From Marsupella aquatica (lineage: Eukaryota > Plantae > Marchantiophyta), in contig OZ316893.1 in assembly GCA_973895155.1 (NCBI GenBank), positions 14,910,645-14,974,644 on the forward strand: 64,000 nucleotides of DNA, read 5' to 3'. Positions within the stretch are counted from its first letter, which is position 1. Every line of letters begins with the position of its first letter. The notes below the pieces were generated by a model. It was not told the origin of the DNA. It saw only the letters and a program-made list of their open reading frames with translations, and did not search any database. The position numbers and the translations under genes are program-made. Shown piece after piece: positions 11,405-24,681 of the stretch.

Positions 11405-14400
11405 TCAAGTAACATGTTTTGACGGGGGGACTCGAGGAGGCTGCGCCGCTGACGCCTTCAGAAATTCTTTCAGTGACTCCATGATGCTCGCAAAAGATGG
11501 TCTATCACGAGGATCACTGTACAGTACAGATGTTGTGGCAGATAAGAAACTTTGAAAGGAAACAAAAATGATAGGTCCTGGCAGTATACTAAAAAGCAAC
11601 AACGACTAGCGAGGGCTTTGGACGGATCCTAAGCCGGTATACGGATAAGTAGTCGTTCGAATACTCACTTTGCCCAACAAGCTTCCATAATGGCACCAAG
11701 TTCTGGATGTAGATCTTTTGGGACTTGGAGCCGTCTATTTTGGAAGCCCACGGCACCTACGACCTGGACTGGACTCATTCCACTCCATGGTAGTTGCATA
11801 GTTATCATCTCCCAAAAAACCACTCCAAAACTATACACGTCTGATTTTTCATTCGCAGGCTCATCACGCAGAATTTCTGGTGCCATCCACTCCGGCTGCA
11901 AGACCACTCCACGTTTCAAAGTATGTTAGAAAATCTAAGCTAGCATGATATCACAGACGAATACCATAACGCCAACAGTTATGCGTGGAACTCTAGTGTC
12001 TGGACAGAGACATAGATGAGCAGCAATGAAATAAGGTGTTTCTATCTTTCAAGGATTACAAAAGTCTCTTAGATTGTTTCCGGCCCTGGCGAATCATTAA
12101 CAGCTTCGTTGTGTTATTAATTTCAATATCCTGAGTAACAAATATAATAAAATCCACCGTTGGTGCCAAATAATAATTGGGCCACACTGACGGACGGTAT
12201 GACGTAGTATTGCAAATTATTTGACTTACCGTTCCAGCTCCGGATCGAGAAGACAAGAATGCGTTTGCCTTGAACCTTGATAGACCAAAATCGCACACCT
12301 GCGTAAAGTTTTTGAAATCAAGTTTAGCGATCTACTTTAGGAAGAACTTGCTGTAGACATTATTGCCCATTATAGTTCAATCTCTGAATCAGGAGTATGC
12401 GCCACCCATATGCACCCATTTGACATTGTTGGATACTAGGATGAAAAGCAATGAAGGTCATACATCCTCACGGACAGTAACGAAGGAGGCGCATGATACC
12501 TTCACAGTCCAATTCTTGTCAACGAGAAGATTTGGCGACTTGAGATCACGATGAACAATTGGAGGATTACTGCGGTGAAGGTAGTTCATCCCTTTGGCCT
12601 GCATGGGTCATAGAGTGACTCTGTGAGACGGATTTCTTTGCTAGATATTCAACTAAATATTCTGAAAAGCAAGAAATCCTGGCAATTCGAGACTGTTGAA
12701 TCATCGAGAGAAGGATAAAGAACCAGTTTTACACACAGACACACGTCATAAGCCACAGACGTACCACATCGAAGGCCATTCGAATTCGCCTTTTCTCATC
12801 GAGCAGCTCTCTCACTGACGACTTGTGCAGAAGTCTGAATAAGCTACCTCTTGATAAGTATTCAGTAACGATAGATAGATTTGGGGGTGCCGTAACAGCG
12901 CCCATGAAAAGTACTACATTGGGATGCCGTAATCTTTTCATTATTGAAACCTTCATGACAACAAATGTGCGAGTTTAGTATCTTTTCACAAGAGCACATT
13001 TCATTTCATAAATGCGTCACTTAACAAACGACCAGTTCATCTTTGACTCCATCGACCTGACCTGTCAGGTTGCCTGTAGGCTTCATTACGGAACAGTGCA
13101 CTACAGGCGATGGGGTGTAGCTACAGAGCAACTATTTATTTCGCCTTGGATCATGAAAGTAAATGAAACCTACATCCGTGTAGACTAACTCACCTCCCTG
13201 ACAAACTCTATGAGCCGGTCGTCATGAACGTCTTGTTCCATGAGAACTTTGACGGCTACGTCCTGTAAAGTTAATAAACGTCTGTCAATACTCGCAAGCA
13301 AGAAGCAATAAATAACACCTCGGGTGGCAAGCACAGGATTCTTGTACAATATATCCCTTCTCACACACATACATAATGAGTGCATTTGCTGGAAAGATTT
13401 GCGAAACAACAATAGTGACAGTAAAAGAGCAGAGAAACTCACAGATCCACGCCAGTCCGCGCGGTGTACTGTTCCAAACGAGCCTGCACCCACCCTCTCT
13501 TTCATGATAAGATCCTCCCATCGAATTTCCCACTCCTCAAAATTTGACATTCGTTCCAGCCTCCTTCCTGCATTTGAAGTTTCACCTAGACCCATGCCCG
13601 AGCTCATGTAACTTTCTGTTGCTTGGTTGATTACAGGAGACTTCCTGGAAAGTCTTACAGAAGGACCCTCTTTCTGGAAATTGAGACCTTTCTCGCTGGC
13701 TTGTACCACATCAATTTTAGGAAGGCTCATTGAATCTGGGTTGACTCCGGCCACGAATGACATGTTGCCTGAGGACAGAATCTTAGCTGGTCCCTTTCCA
13801 TCCCGTCTTCTCTCTTGTAATTGGTCCTTGAAAACATGGAAAGCACGCTCTTCTGAAACCTTCATGACAGCCCAGACTTCAGCACCAGGTGTATCATCTG
13901 AGAATGTCAACTCAGCAGAACCTGATGGGAACCAGTCCTTTGGGCCTTTGTCTCCTCTCTTATCCTGGTAAGAATCAAGGGATCCACCATCTCTAGCAAA
14001 GCTTCTACTCCAGGACCTGTCCTCTCCCGAAAAGCTCCTTTTGAAATCTGGGAATCGTAGGGGCGAGCAAAATGACCATGACGAATTGGTCCACACAGAA
14101 TCTGGGGACGATAAACATCCCGGCTTTGCAACAAGGTCAATATAATACTCCCTGAATAATGCCCACAAAGTCTTTATAAGTGAAAATGCAAGTACTGTAG
14201 GCACTCATAATACAAAATTTCAGCATGGGTACTTAATTCGCATTCTTTAGTGAGAATCATATTCGCATCAAGATCCTAAAGAAGTTGAAATTACCTGTCA
14301 GGTTCGCAGAGCACCATGCAGGAGGCACCATCGTCTGATCCACAATACTTGCAACCTCGGGCAATTCGACAAGGCAGTTTGATACTGTCGGCCACTGACT

Positions 14401-16625
14401 GAAGAACACGTTCGACAACCAGTCACATCTTCATGAAAATCGGATTCACCAGTTTCAAACTTGCAGTTGACTATTTAACGCACTTCTATTTCCTGGGTAC
14501 AGTCAAGAGTATTTCGATCTCTTGACATAATTTTAACTGTTACCATGAAGCCTAAAGTCTGCGTTTCTCAGACGGTTAGTTGCCTACCTTGAACAGCAAG
14601 GCACGGTGCCGACAAAGACCAACGGAGAGGCTCCCAAGAGGAAGAACAATGCTGCTAAGGCAGTCCTTAAGGCGGCGGGTGCTCTCCTTCCATCGCACCG
14701 ATAAGTCTCCATGCTCATGGTCAGCTTCCCCGCTGTAGAAAACACATAAAAGATATGACCAGGTTAGAGGTAAAAATAAGGAGAACTTTCAACTGTCTTC
14801 AGCAGCACGAGAACTTTGGCCCAATTTAACCTGATCACTTGGGACTCACCCGAGCAGATTGCAGACACGGGTTCCCAGCAGCTCAGCAAGGACTCGCGGA
14901 TCAGGGTCCTCGTGCCCTCGACAGAGAGATTTGACCTTAGCCTCCAAATCTCGTACCAGCTCTCGCAGATGAGCATCGCCATTCTTGTCCACGAGCACAA
15001 CCTCAATAGACGAATCCGCTGGGTCCACCGCTCTGAGCGACTCCAAGGAAGGCATCTTGTTTCCCTCTTGTGGATGATTGCACATAGTCCATACGTGGGG
15101 GCTCATTCCCCACACATGATAGAAGCCATCCTGGACAACGTCATTGTATCCAAGGCTTCCATTCACCTGGACAGAGAACATCACTGACTCTTAATACGTC
15201 AAAAGATCCACAACCGGATAAAATTCTTCCATCTAATTTAGAACTTGCCTTCTTTGTCACATGAGAACCTGTCGGGGATCCATAACCAATGGTATCACAA
15301 TCAACAACATTACCAGCATGAATAATCTGAACGGTTTTACAAAAGTACAAACACCAAGGCTCAAAGATGACATAAACAGTATGAGCAAACTAAAAGTAAT
15401 ACGGGCGTTCATACTATGCCTATCATCAACAAGACAAGCTTGCTGGAGTAACCCCTGCGAGTTAAACATTCAGGCCATGGGGTTCCTGTAGGAGCACTAC
15501 CAACATAACCAAGATGCCTGTGTTGGAGATCCCATGACAGACTAGCCAGACTACCTCCACTACTAAATTAGAAGTTGCTTTGATGGGCATCTTCAATTGT
15601 GAGCACGACCAACTAGCATCTTCTCCAACAAGTACGACGTCTGAAATCCAGAGTGTGGCCAAATTACATACCCAGAACCGATGGGCAGTAGCCTCGACAG
15701 ATCGACGAGCCGCAGAGCAAGAAGTCTCGTGGAAGTGCTGTCCAATGAGTCGAGTTTCCGAAGTCAATTCCGCTTCCGCCATCAGACGAACCGCCAAGGC
15801 AGCCTGCAAATTGTATCCCTGTTCCGTCTGCTGAGCCCAACTGGCTGGTGATAGTAGCTCGGATTCTGGGAAATCTCCTCTCGAGACCTCTTTGCTACTG
15901 TACCGTTCCTCGGGGATATTACAAGGAGCATAGTCTTCATAAGTTGAATTGGCCTTGTTACTAAGATAATCGTCCACTTTAGTCGGAAGGGCAACATCGC
16001 TTGACAGCAAACTTTCTGTGAGCCCGCCCCTGTATAAGCTCTGCATTGTGGTGGTGGTCATAGTAGAGTCGCCACCTCTAAGCCGGCCGATGTTGGTCTC
16101 GAGCAACGACGTCCTCTCCGAAAACCGACCGAACTGAGACGAATTCTGCTCACTGGAAGTTGATGAAGTTTTCCTACAAAACGATCCAGAATGTTTAGCT
16201 GACGCAGGATACGCAGCATCAGGAAACGGGTGCTGCTCCAACGCAGGAGTGAGGCGATCGCTGTCATTTCTGGGCGATGCGGCGAAAATCTTCTCCTGAG
16301 ACGAATAGATTCCATCGGATGAGACGAAGGAACACTTGTCCGAGAAGCCAGAAAAAGTTCTGTCCACACGAGAAAGGCCCAGGGATTCCCCCGAAGGTTG
16401 TCGCTCTAGAGCTGTGTATGGAAGCTTCTCTGCAGGGTAGGAGAACGACTCCGACGAGTCATTGGGAATGTACGAATTCTTGCCAAATGCGACTTGAGAC
16501 TGTTTGTGTAACTCGAAAGGTTTCCGTCCCGATGACAAATGAGCTGGCTGAGGCAACTCTTCGGGAAGGTAAAAGCTGCTTTCAGTACGGTCGAACAGAA
16601 GGTAGTCTGATTTTCGTGCAGGCAT
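11405..16625 (-). CDS. CTR1: CTR1-like Raf-type (B3) MAPKKK, ethylene-signalling family; 11 coding exons
   Basis: Exons (minus strand): 16625-15672, 15166-14850, 14732-14588, 14398-14295, 14151-13443, 13262-13194, 12950-12765, 12598-12500, 12298-12230, 11895-11669, 11516-11405. All introns are GT-AG with consistent phases. Motifs: MPARKSDY start, [31 protein letters not shown] box [16 protein letters not shown], kinase [33 protein letters not shown]. An in-frame upstream ATG exists at 16769. Confidence 0.93.
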
Positions 16626-18109
16626 GTTCTCAAAACCTGTGTGACCCAATCCGGGCTTCTTCTGAGCACAGAAGCATCCTGTGGACGGCGTAGGTTTGTA
16701 GATCGACCCGTCATAGAAACCTTTTACACACTCTTTGATAATCTGTAAGCTCACTGCCTGCTGGCACATTGCCTACGATTTTCAAGCCTCATTTGCAACC
16801 TTAATCGCCTGTCCTCCGCCACTTTGATTTATATCCACCGCTGGCTGAAAGGCCTCACACACTTTCCCTTGTCCAGGATGAAGTTCTGAAAGCAGGCAAA
16901 GAGATCGACAATTACTTCCACTTCTCGCCGCCAATCAGAAGTAATACCAGGTGTCGGTGAGCTCAGCTTCATGGACTGTTTCACACCTGATGAGACAAAG
17001 TTAACAAACGCTAGTTAGCCATAGAAAACGAATAGGCGCGCAACGTATACCGACTTGACTCCAAGCGGTGACGAGCAGACCGCAGGTGTCATTGAAGGGG
17101 TTGGAGGCCGACGGGGTCAGCAACAATAATCTCCAGGACCCCGCACAGTTCCGAAAGCCGGAGGAAGTCCCTAAGTGTCTGCGTGATTGTGTTTGTTTGT
17201 TTGTCGAGGTTCGAATTTTTGCATAATGTGAAATGCAAGACATCCGTGAGGTCGAATAGAGGCACTAAAAGCAGGCGACCGGATAATTACTTCATACCCA
17301 ACTAAACGACTTACAGGAAGCGAGGAAGCCGGCTGGACTATTCGTCACATCACATCCAAAAATTGCAGGCATTTCAGCCGAGCTTCCATTCACCTTTTCC
17401 ACGGCTTAAGGCCACCTGAACGACAAGTAGTCAGGGGCAATGACGGTGAACCATGGAGTGTCATCTAGTGATTTCGAAGGACCACATGCCAACGAGTCTT
17501 TATCTAGAATTGTAAGCACTGCCACTGTCTGCACGACATTAACAGTTAAAATTTCTGAAAAGCTCGGATTAGAGCTGCACAACGCTTCTCCACTGAAAAT
17601 GTGCACCGCTGGACCAATAAGTCGTCGGGAAGAATGAAAGGATCTACAAGCCCCCTTTACTAGCATTCTACGTAGAAACGATGAAGTCGTTCTGGTTTCC
17701 TGTAGTAAACAACTCATTCCCAAAACGACCACCTTACAAAATCACTCAAATTCCTTCATTACAAGTCGAAAGACCATTTGAGAGCAAACGATAAAGCAAC
17801 GCTAGAGCTACAACTCTCTGCGTCGCAATCATAGCCATTGATACTAACAAAGAAACACCGCCACATCAAACCAAAACAAACTAATTCAACGTCTGCGATT
17901 AGACCACTAAATCAACCAGATCATTCGCGATAATGAAGAAAGCGACGCACCTTGCCAAAACTGCACCCTCGCTGTGCATCAACGTCGCGGCTCCAACAAC
18001 ATACGAGCCGTCCACTGCTCGCAACTTCGGTCCTTTCAGCGAGCCGTAAACCTCGAAAATCACTACGATCCTTGCCTAGCTTGATCAAGCACGTACCGCG
18101 ATATTGCTC

Positions 18110-18715
18110 CGTTCTCTTCTCTCCTTTCTACTCCGTGTCAAAGTCATGCCATGCTCCCTGGCTCCTCCTCTTATGCGAACCGTCCATTCTCACTTCTCTC
18201 CTCCTTTCTACACCGTGTCAAACCATTCATGCCATGCTCCCTGCCTCCTCCTCTTGTGCAAAACGCTCCCACATGATACTCGTTCTTCGCGTCCAAGTTC
18301 TCATCTCTTCGTTTCTCTCCGTCTCATCATCTTTTCGCTCGACTACTTCCCTTGCGTCGCACCCCCTAGTAAGCTTGCCTTCGGCTCTCGCCTCATCGCG
18401 TAAAACTTGACTACTTCGCTTGCTTCGCAACTCCTAGTAAAGCTTGCCTTCGGCTCTCTCCTCCTCGAGTAAAACGAAGACGGAGCGCTCAGTCGAGTGC
18501 TAAACTTTGCAACTCATAACAAGCTCGCCTTCGGCTCTCTCCTCGTCGACTGGAACGAAGACGGAGCGCTCAGTCGAGTTCTAACGATGCACGGGAGGGG
18601 CAACGATGAGCGGTGAGCAGCGCCTTTGCTTTTGCTTGGACTTCCTCGGCGGCAACAATGAGAGTTGAGTCGCGCGTTGCCTTTGCTTTCCTTTGCTTGG
18701 ACTTCCTCGGAGACT
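18110..18715. repeat. Cluster of local tandem duplications (~80-bp x2, ~70-80-bp x3, ~35-bp x2) upstream of CTR1
   Basis: catgccatgctccctg..ctcctcctctt x2; aagct(t/c)gccttcggctctc x3; ctttgcttggacttcctcgg-like x2. Confidence 0.7.
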
Positions 18716-20130
18716 GTGTAGCCGGAGGAAGGGCAGGGAGGGGAAGCCGGGAAGGGCAGAGGGAAGGGGACCAGAAGGGAAGGGACGGGAAGGGACGGGA
18801 CGGGAAGGGGAGGAAAGGTACGCTCACACCGGCGGTGGGCCCGGGCGGGAGAGGGGGAGGACGAGGAGGAAGGGGTTGGAGGCGCAAGTGGGCGTTCCAC
18901 TAACTACTACTAACTCAAGCAGTACGGAGAGGCTGGTTGGGAAGCGACCCCGGGACGGACCGCCGGGCCGTGTGGGAGAGACGGGAGGGACCAAGGGAGG
19001 GTGGAGGAAGGACGACGTACAGTACTGTATAGTACAGTATAACTTTTACAGTAGTACAGTCGGTTTAGGTTCACAGAACAAGTACAGTAGGTGAAAACTA
19101 GGAGAAAACTATACATACGGTATTCACCACGTTCCTCGCACCTGAGAGCGCTATGCCATGCCCTGCCCATTCCCTACCTATCCAATCTGACAAGACTGCC
19201 AGATGCCCAGATTAGAGATTAGACACAACAGTTTTTCGTAAACTGGTCAATCAGGAGTTCACGCACATTCTGAACTAGCCCCATTACCCGTTCAAGAATA
19301 CACATGAACTAGCCCCACGCACATTCACAAACAACCCATGACCCTTTCTAAATAGATATGAAGACAAATTTTGCACAATAATATTTATAGGCTATTTTTT
19401 ATCATTTTTGCCTCATCAATATTATTTCTATGCTATTTTGGGTAGTCTTTGCCCCATCCCTGTTTTTTGTTTTTTGGTTTTGTCTTTATTTAGAGTCAAT
19501 GTCACTGTTTCCAACCTCGTTTAAATTTTGACCTTATTATTTTAAAACTCAATTTTGTCTCTATTGTGGTTAGGGTCTTGAAGTTTTTGTGAGGAGCACT
19601 ACTGGGAGACTTTCCCATGATGAACTCTCATTATCTATGATATAAGGCCATGATCCTGTTTGTGGTAACCCAAAATTGTGTCGAGATAGCAGTCCATCTG
19701 CAATTCACGTGTGATAAGAGTGGCACTGGATGCAATTGTGGATACTTTTGTGATTGAAGACAAAACTAGTATTGTCTTGCATTTTCTAGGGCTTAGGTTG
19801 TCAATCCTCTGAATTTTAGAGGTAGTAAAACTGGGCTGCTATCTCCATATGTTCATCGCTCCTTTGTTTAAAATCTTCATCAGTGCATATCCATGAACAT
19901 GATTTGGATCATCGTCTATGAGGAAAATTTAACAATGAACATTTGAAGTCATTTACACATAAGGTATTTGTGACATCATTTTTAAAAATTCTAGATAATC
20001 TTAGTCTCAGCCAGTCCTAAAGCAAGCCGTAGATAGTGTGGTCAAGTCGCTTGCACCCATTGACATGTTCAGGTACACTGTGAGTGCAATACAACATTAT
20101 ATCATGAATTGTGTTCACATTCTCATATGC

Positions 20131-20335
20131 CATAGTACCATTCGTGAGATCCTCTGGTGGTAACCCCTCCAACAAGATACTAGAGACTCTCTTTTACATA
20201 AGGTATATTAAGCATATACTTACCCCCTTCCAAGGAAGCATATATTTACCCCCAGTATACCTATATGTAAAACACAGTCTCCAGTATCTTGTTGGAGGGG
20301 TTACGACCAGAGGATCTCAAGACGGTCTCCCTGTG
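20131..20335. mobile_element. MITE-like foldback element (~65-bp inverted arms)
   Basis: 20145-20208 (tgagatcctctggtggtaacccctccaacaagatactagagac...) is the reverse complement of ~20255-20319 with few mismatches. No TSD was resolved, so the outer boundaries are approximate. Confidence 0.65.
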
Positions 20336-23265
20336 AGCATTTTTATATTCCTTTAATGCAATATACCCCAGATGACCAGACAATTGAACCAGAGTGGCTT
20401 TGTGTAAGAGTAGGTAAGGTACGCTTGCATCAAACAAACGAGAATTTCGGCCATTTTGGTTTAGATTTTCATCATAAAATTCTGTGAGGAAATTTCATTA
20501 CATTAATTCTCAATGTGTTAATGGAATATTTGGGCTTTAGTTTTTCTAAGTCTCCTCCTCTAGCTGCCTTGCAGGTGCAAAACTACAAGTCATTTTAGTA
20601 CTCATAATCACCAAGTTATGGGCCCCAAATTCCCATGGACCACAAAATGTGGTAGAGAGGAGCAGTGTGTCCAACATGGTGGTGCATCTTGGCTTTGTTT
20701 ACAAGAATGTACGAGAAAAAAATGCTGCTGCCAAAAGGGTACTGCTTTTATTACTTTCTTGTTTTCTGTGGTATTTTAATATTTTTAATAGACTGGAACC
20801 AAACCCGCGCCACCAGGGTCCAATACTGTTTTTGGTTGCTCATTGGTGTACATAAAGAAACTCTCTTGGTGTTGGAAAGGGTGTCATCATCTCCAATCTC
20901 CAATTTTTAATAATTTGTGACATAAAAACTGAAATATCTTTAGCTAAAAGGTTAATCCGTAGCTCTCATCATAGGGTGCACAATGGGCTTGAGTTACACA
21001 AAAGGTGATAGGTGCTCCACTTTTTGTGGTGAGACACTATTCACTACATGACATGAATGAGGAGTAGTAAGAGGTGTAGTGATGGAGAAAATGAGGCGGG
21101 TGCGTTTAAGGGTTGCAGTGACTTGGTTATATATCAGATTGCAAAATAACATTAATTATCAAATAGGGAGACACGAGAAAATGGGGGAGAAGACAGAGGT
21201 CAGAGGGAAAACGGGTAACGTAAAAGTCTTTAAAAAATAAAGCCCAACTGTACAGCAAAGAGACAAGTCTGACAAAGCTCTTGAGTAAAGTCCACAGGAG
21301 GGTATTGGAGAAGAGTATGTCTACAGCCTGACACCAACATGACACGAACATCCTCCACCTTCTAGGAGATACTTTTTGTCACGTTGGTGCTTGTGCTGTA
21401 GTCCCATGTTACAACCCAAGTAGCTACAAACAGTGTGGAATGCACCACCGAACCAATGTGACGCCGACGTAAACCATAAAAGTTAAGCCCCTGCTGTTGA
21501 CAGGCACCGGAAGCAACGCAATTATTACGATACCCAACCCTCTAGCATTGCGTCACATGTGACCCTTGGCCTGGGAAGGACCACGACATTGATAATTCTA
21601 CCCTAATTCTTCCAAGGTACCAACACTTATGCTTGGTATAGTTCAACGTTAATTGGGGTGGTGATGTGAACGCTGGTCCCAACATGCATAAAGTAGCAGG
21701 GGACTACTCTCTCCTGCCAAGCTTCATTGAGAATTGTCCAAGATAATTGTTACACTGTCCAAAAAATATCCCAGTAGCTTGACATGATATTATCTAAAAT
21801 ATTATTGATGAATGGTTTCCTGAATTTTAGAAGATCTTATCAGTTACTTCAATAATTTGATTACAAATGGAGGTTTGGACTAAGGAACATTGTGTGACCA
21901 CCCCAACCTCAATGGTAGTGACATGTAGTTCATCACCATACCCATTATAAACTGAAATTGAGATTAACCACATATAAGTTGAGGTTGCCCTCAACCCATA
22001 GTGCACTCGGGAGTGCACTCATGGCAGCTCACTCCACCATTCTGATGTGGCTCATATCTCCTGTTGATTTGAATCTTTACCGCCTAGTCACCCCATTGGC
22101 TTTGGCCGGATGCTTTACGAGACCCACTTGCACAACATTTCATCAAGTATGCCAGCTTTTTTATTCCGCCATACAAGTCTCTGGAAAGTCATTTATGGCT
22201 TTCAAATTGTCTGGTGACCTTTTGCTGCCCCTGAAAATGAAATTTATCACTGTTCCTTTAAATCACAAAAGATTAGTTTGAACCCCACTTTTGGGTGGTA
22301 TTTTGTAAAGCACAGTGTGCCTACAGAAGATTTCAGACCCTGGACCTCCACCTCCCCACACAATTGGTCCACGGCAACACCTATAGTTTGTTGGATGAAA
22401 ATAGAGGTCACATTCCTAGTATTTATCTTTACTAGCCTTGGCTACCCTTCTTTGAACGTGAGTAGAGGAGAGTACAATAAAATGTAACAAAATATATTCA
22501 CTATTCTCATTCTTGAAATATATTAATGAAATAAAAAATGATAATTCATTTATATATATGCACATCTTCTTTACATGCACACTTTGGTGGGGCTCTAGAG
22601 TCATTGTTGAGAGGATTCGCTTTAGAAGCCTACATGCCTGACTCTAGCTTGCCCTTGGCACTTATAAGTACTATATCATAGGGCACTATTGTGACAACAA
22701 CCAACAGGCAGCAGGTGAGGATAACCTGACAATGCCCTAAAAAACCTTATGGGGATTTGTGGCCCCAAATGGTGATTTAGCTTAATTCCCTGGATCTCAA
22801 GTTTGGTTGTGGGTTTGGCTTCATTAGAGCATCTCCAACGGTTGCTGGGTCCGCTACACTAACGCTATCTTAACCAAACCCCGTAAGACAGAGGGAAAAA
22901 ACCAAGCCCAACGGGTTGCCGCTAACGCTATCGCACATCCCGCATACGGGGTTTCAGCTTACGCAAACGCTAAAGTTTGCCTCGCATAGTGCATTGACTG
23001 TATAATTTGGCCCTCGACGGGGTTTATCCAGATCACGATCTGACGGTCGTGGCAAGGCTGTGCTCCGTGTGGGAAGGAGGTCATCCGCGCGAAACTCCCG
23101 AAATGCAAACTGAAGCGTTTCCCGCTTCGACTCGAGATTCCACTCTACAACATTGGAATTGGGGATGGCAGATACACGTTTTCCAAGCGTGCGTTCTGAA
23201 ACTTCAAGTGTTGATTGGGTAGGTTTCCTGTGCTCCCTCTGGCAATTTTTCAGGCATCTCCCAAC

Positions 23266-24426
23266 ATGGCTCCAGTGGATGTGTCTGCCAAGGGCAAGGG
23301 CAAGAAACAGGCCAATTTCTCAAACATTGAGATTGAGCAAATTGCGCGATCGTGGCTTGCATGCAGCAATTGCTCAGTTGTGGGAGCCCAACAGAAGTCT
23401 GATGTGTACTGGACCAAGATTGAGGCCCATTTCACGAAAGCCATGTCTGAATTCAGGAGGAAGTTCCCAGGTGTCGTGGAGAACGTCCCAAGGTCGATTC
23501 ACTCATTGGGATCGAAATGGAGCGAGATCAACCAGGATTGTGCAAAGTTTACCGGAGCCATGTCAACAATCATTGAGCTGAATGAGTCTGGCACAAACGA
23601 AGAGGAGCAAATGGAGAAGGCGAAGGCACTTTACCAGCAAACTCACAAGAAGGGCCTGGAGTTTACTATGGATGGCGCCTGGAAAATCCTGAAGGATTCT
23701 CCAAAGTGGCAGGTTGCAGCACGATTGAACGACAAGCATCTCGAGCAAGCCTCCAAGCGAAAGAAGGCCAAAAATTCCTGAGATGCAGAAAGCGAAGCAA
23801 TCGATTTGGCCGATGGTGATAGCCCCACGAAAGAGAGTGCTACACCTGAGATGGTTACCGATCGCCCGATTGGTAACAAAAAAGCTAAAGAGTTGGCTGC
23901 ATTGGAGAGAAAGGCGTTGAAGAACAAGAGCTCATTGGCAGAATCGACGTCTACAATTGCAGCTGCATTAAATCGGAGAGCTCGAGCCATGGAGAATGTG
24001 TATGAAATCCAATTGTTTTCAGTGAACATGGGAAACCTTGATGAGCAGGCACAAAAAATTTTGAGAAAGAAGAGGGAGGTGGCAGAGCTGCAGCTCATGA
24101 AGCAACTCAAATCAGTGGAACCCTTCAGGAAGGGATCTGTGTCCCTCACCAAGACAATGCAAGACCAAGAGAATGTGCCACCATTTCGAACACATAGAGA
24201 GGGCAGTACCAATCAATTCCATGGCGATGAAGGGGAGGACGGGGAAGAAGATGGTGAAGATGTTGAAGACCTGGAAGACTCACCTCCGGTTGGAGAGGAC
24301 GCCCACAATTCGGTTGGTGGTGAAAGCAAAACGCCCGTGCACAATGAAAATCAGCCATGGATGGAGGCCTATCCGCAGACCTCCATCCAGTACCAAGACG
24401 TTACCAATTTATACAGCTTCATGTAG
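23266..24426 (+). pseudogene. Harbinger Myb/SANT-like DNA-binding protein with NAM-associated-like region; one in-frame stop
   Basis: NFSNIEIEQIARSWL..S...VGAQQKSDVYWTKI, RSIHSLGSKWSEIN, AWKILKDSPKW, RPIGNKKAK. ORFs 23215-23781 and 23806-24426 are in the same frame, split by TGA at 23779-23781. Confidence 0.88.
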
Positions 24427-24681
24427 TTCTACCAGACAATCAAATAGCAAGCAATGTCAGGGCATTGAATACAGTGACTCATGCGGGCAATGTACATGAT
24501 TGAATTCAGGAATACAGACTGCCATTTTTATATTGCATTGCAAATGTATCCACATTTCCTCCTATTTTGAAGAACCACATTGTGTCTACAAATTGCTAAG
24601 TGTTTGCAGCCATGATTGTCGCATCATAATTCTGTGTGCAATGGAGCTTATGGGCCAAACACTGCCGAGCTCTATCGATCC

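Noticed and set aside
17952-19170. Overlapping low-complexity ORFs of 100-150 aa on both strands
   Set aside because: Explained by GC/purine skew and local duplications; no domain evidence.
23643-24212. 189-aa minus-strand ORF
   Set aside because: Antisense shadow of the Harbinger Myb gene.
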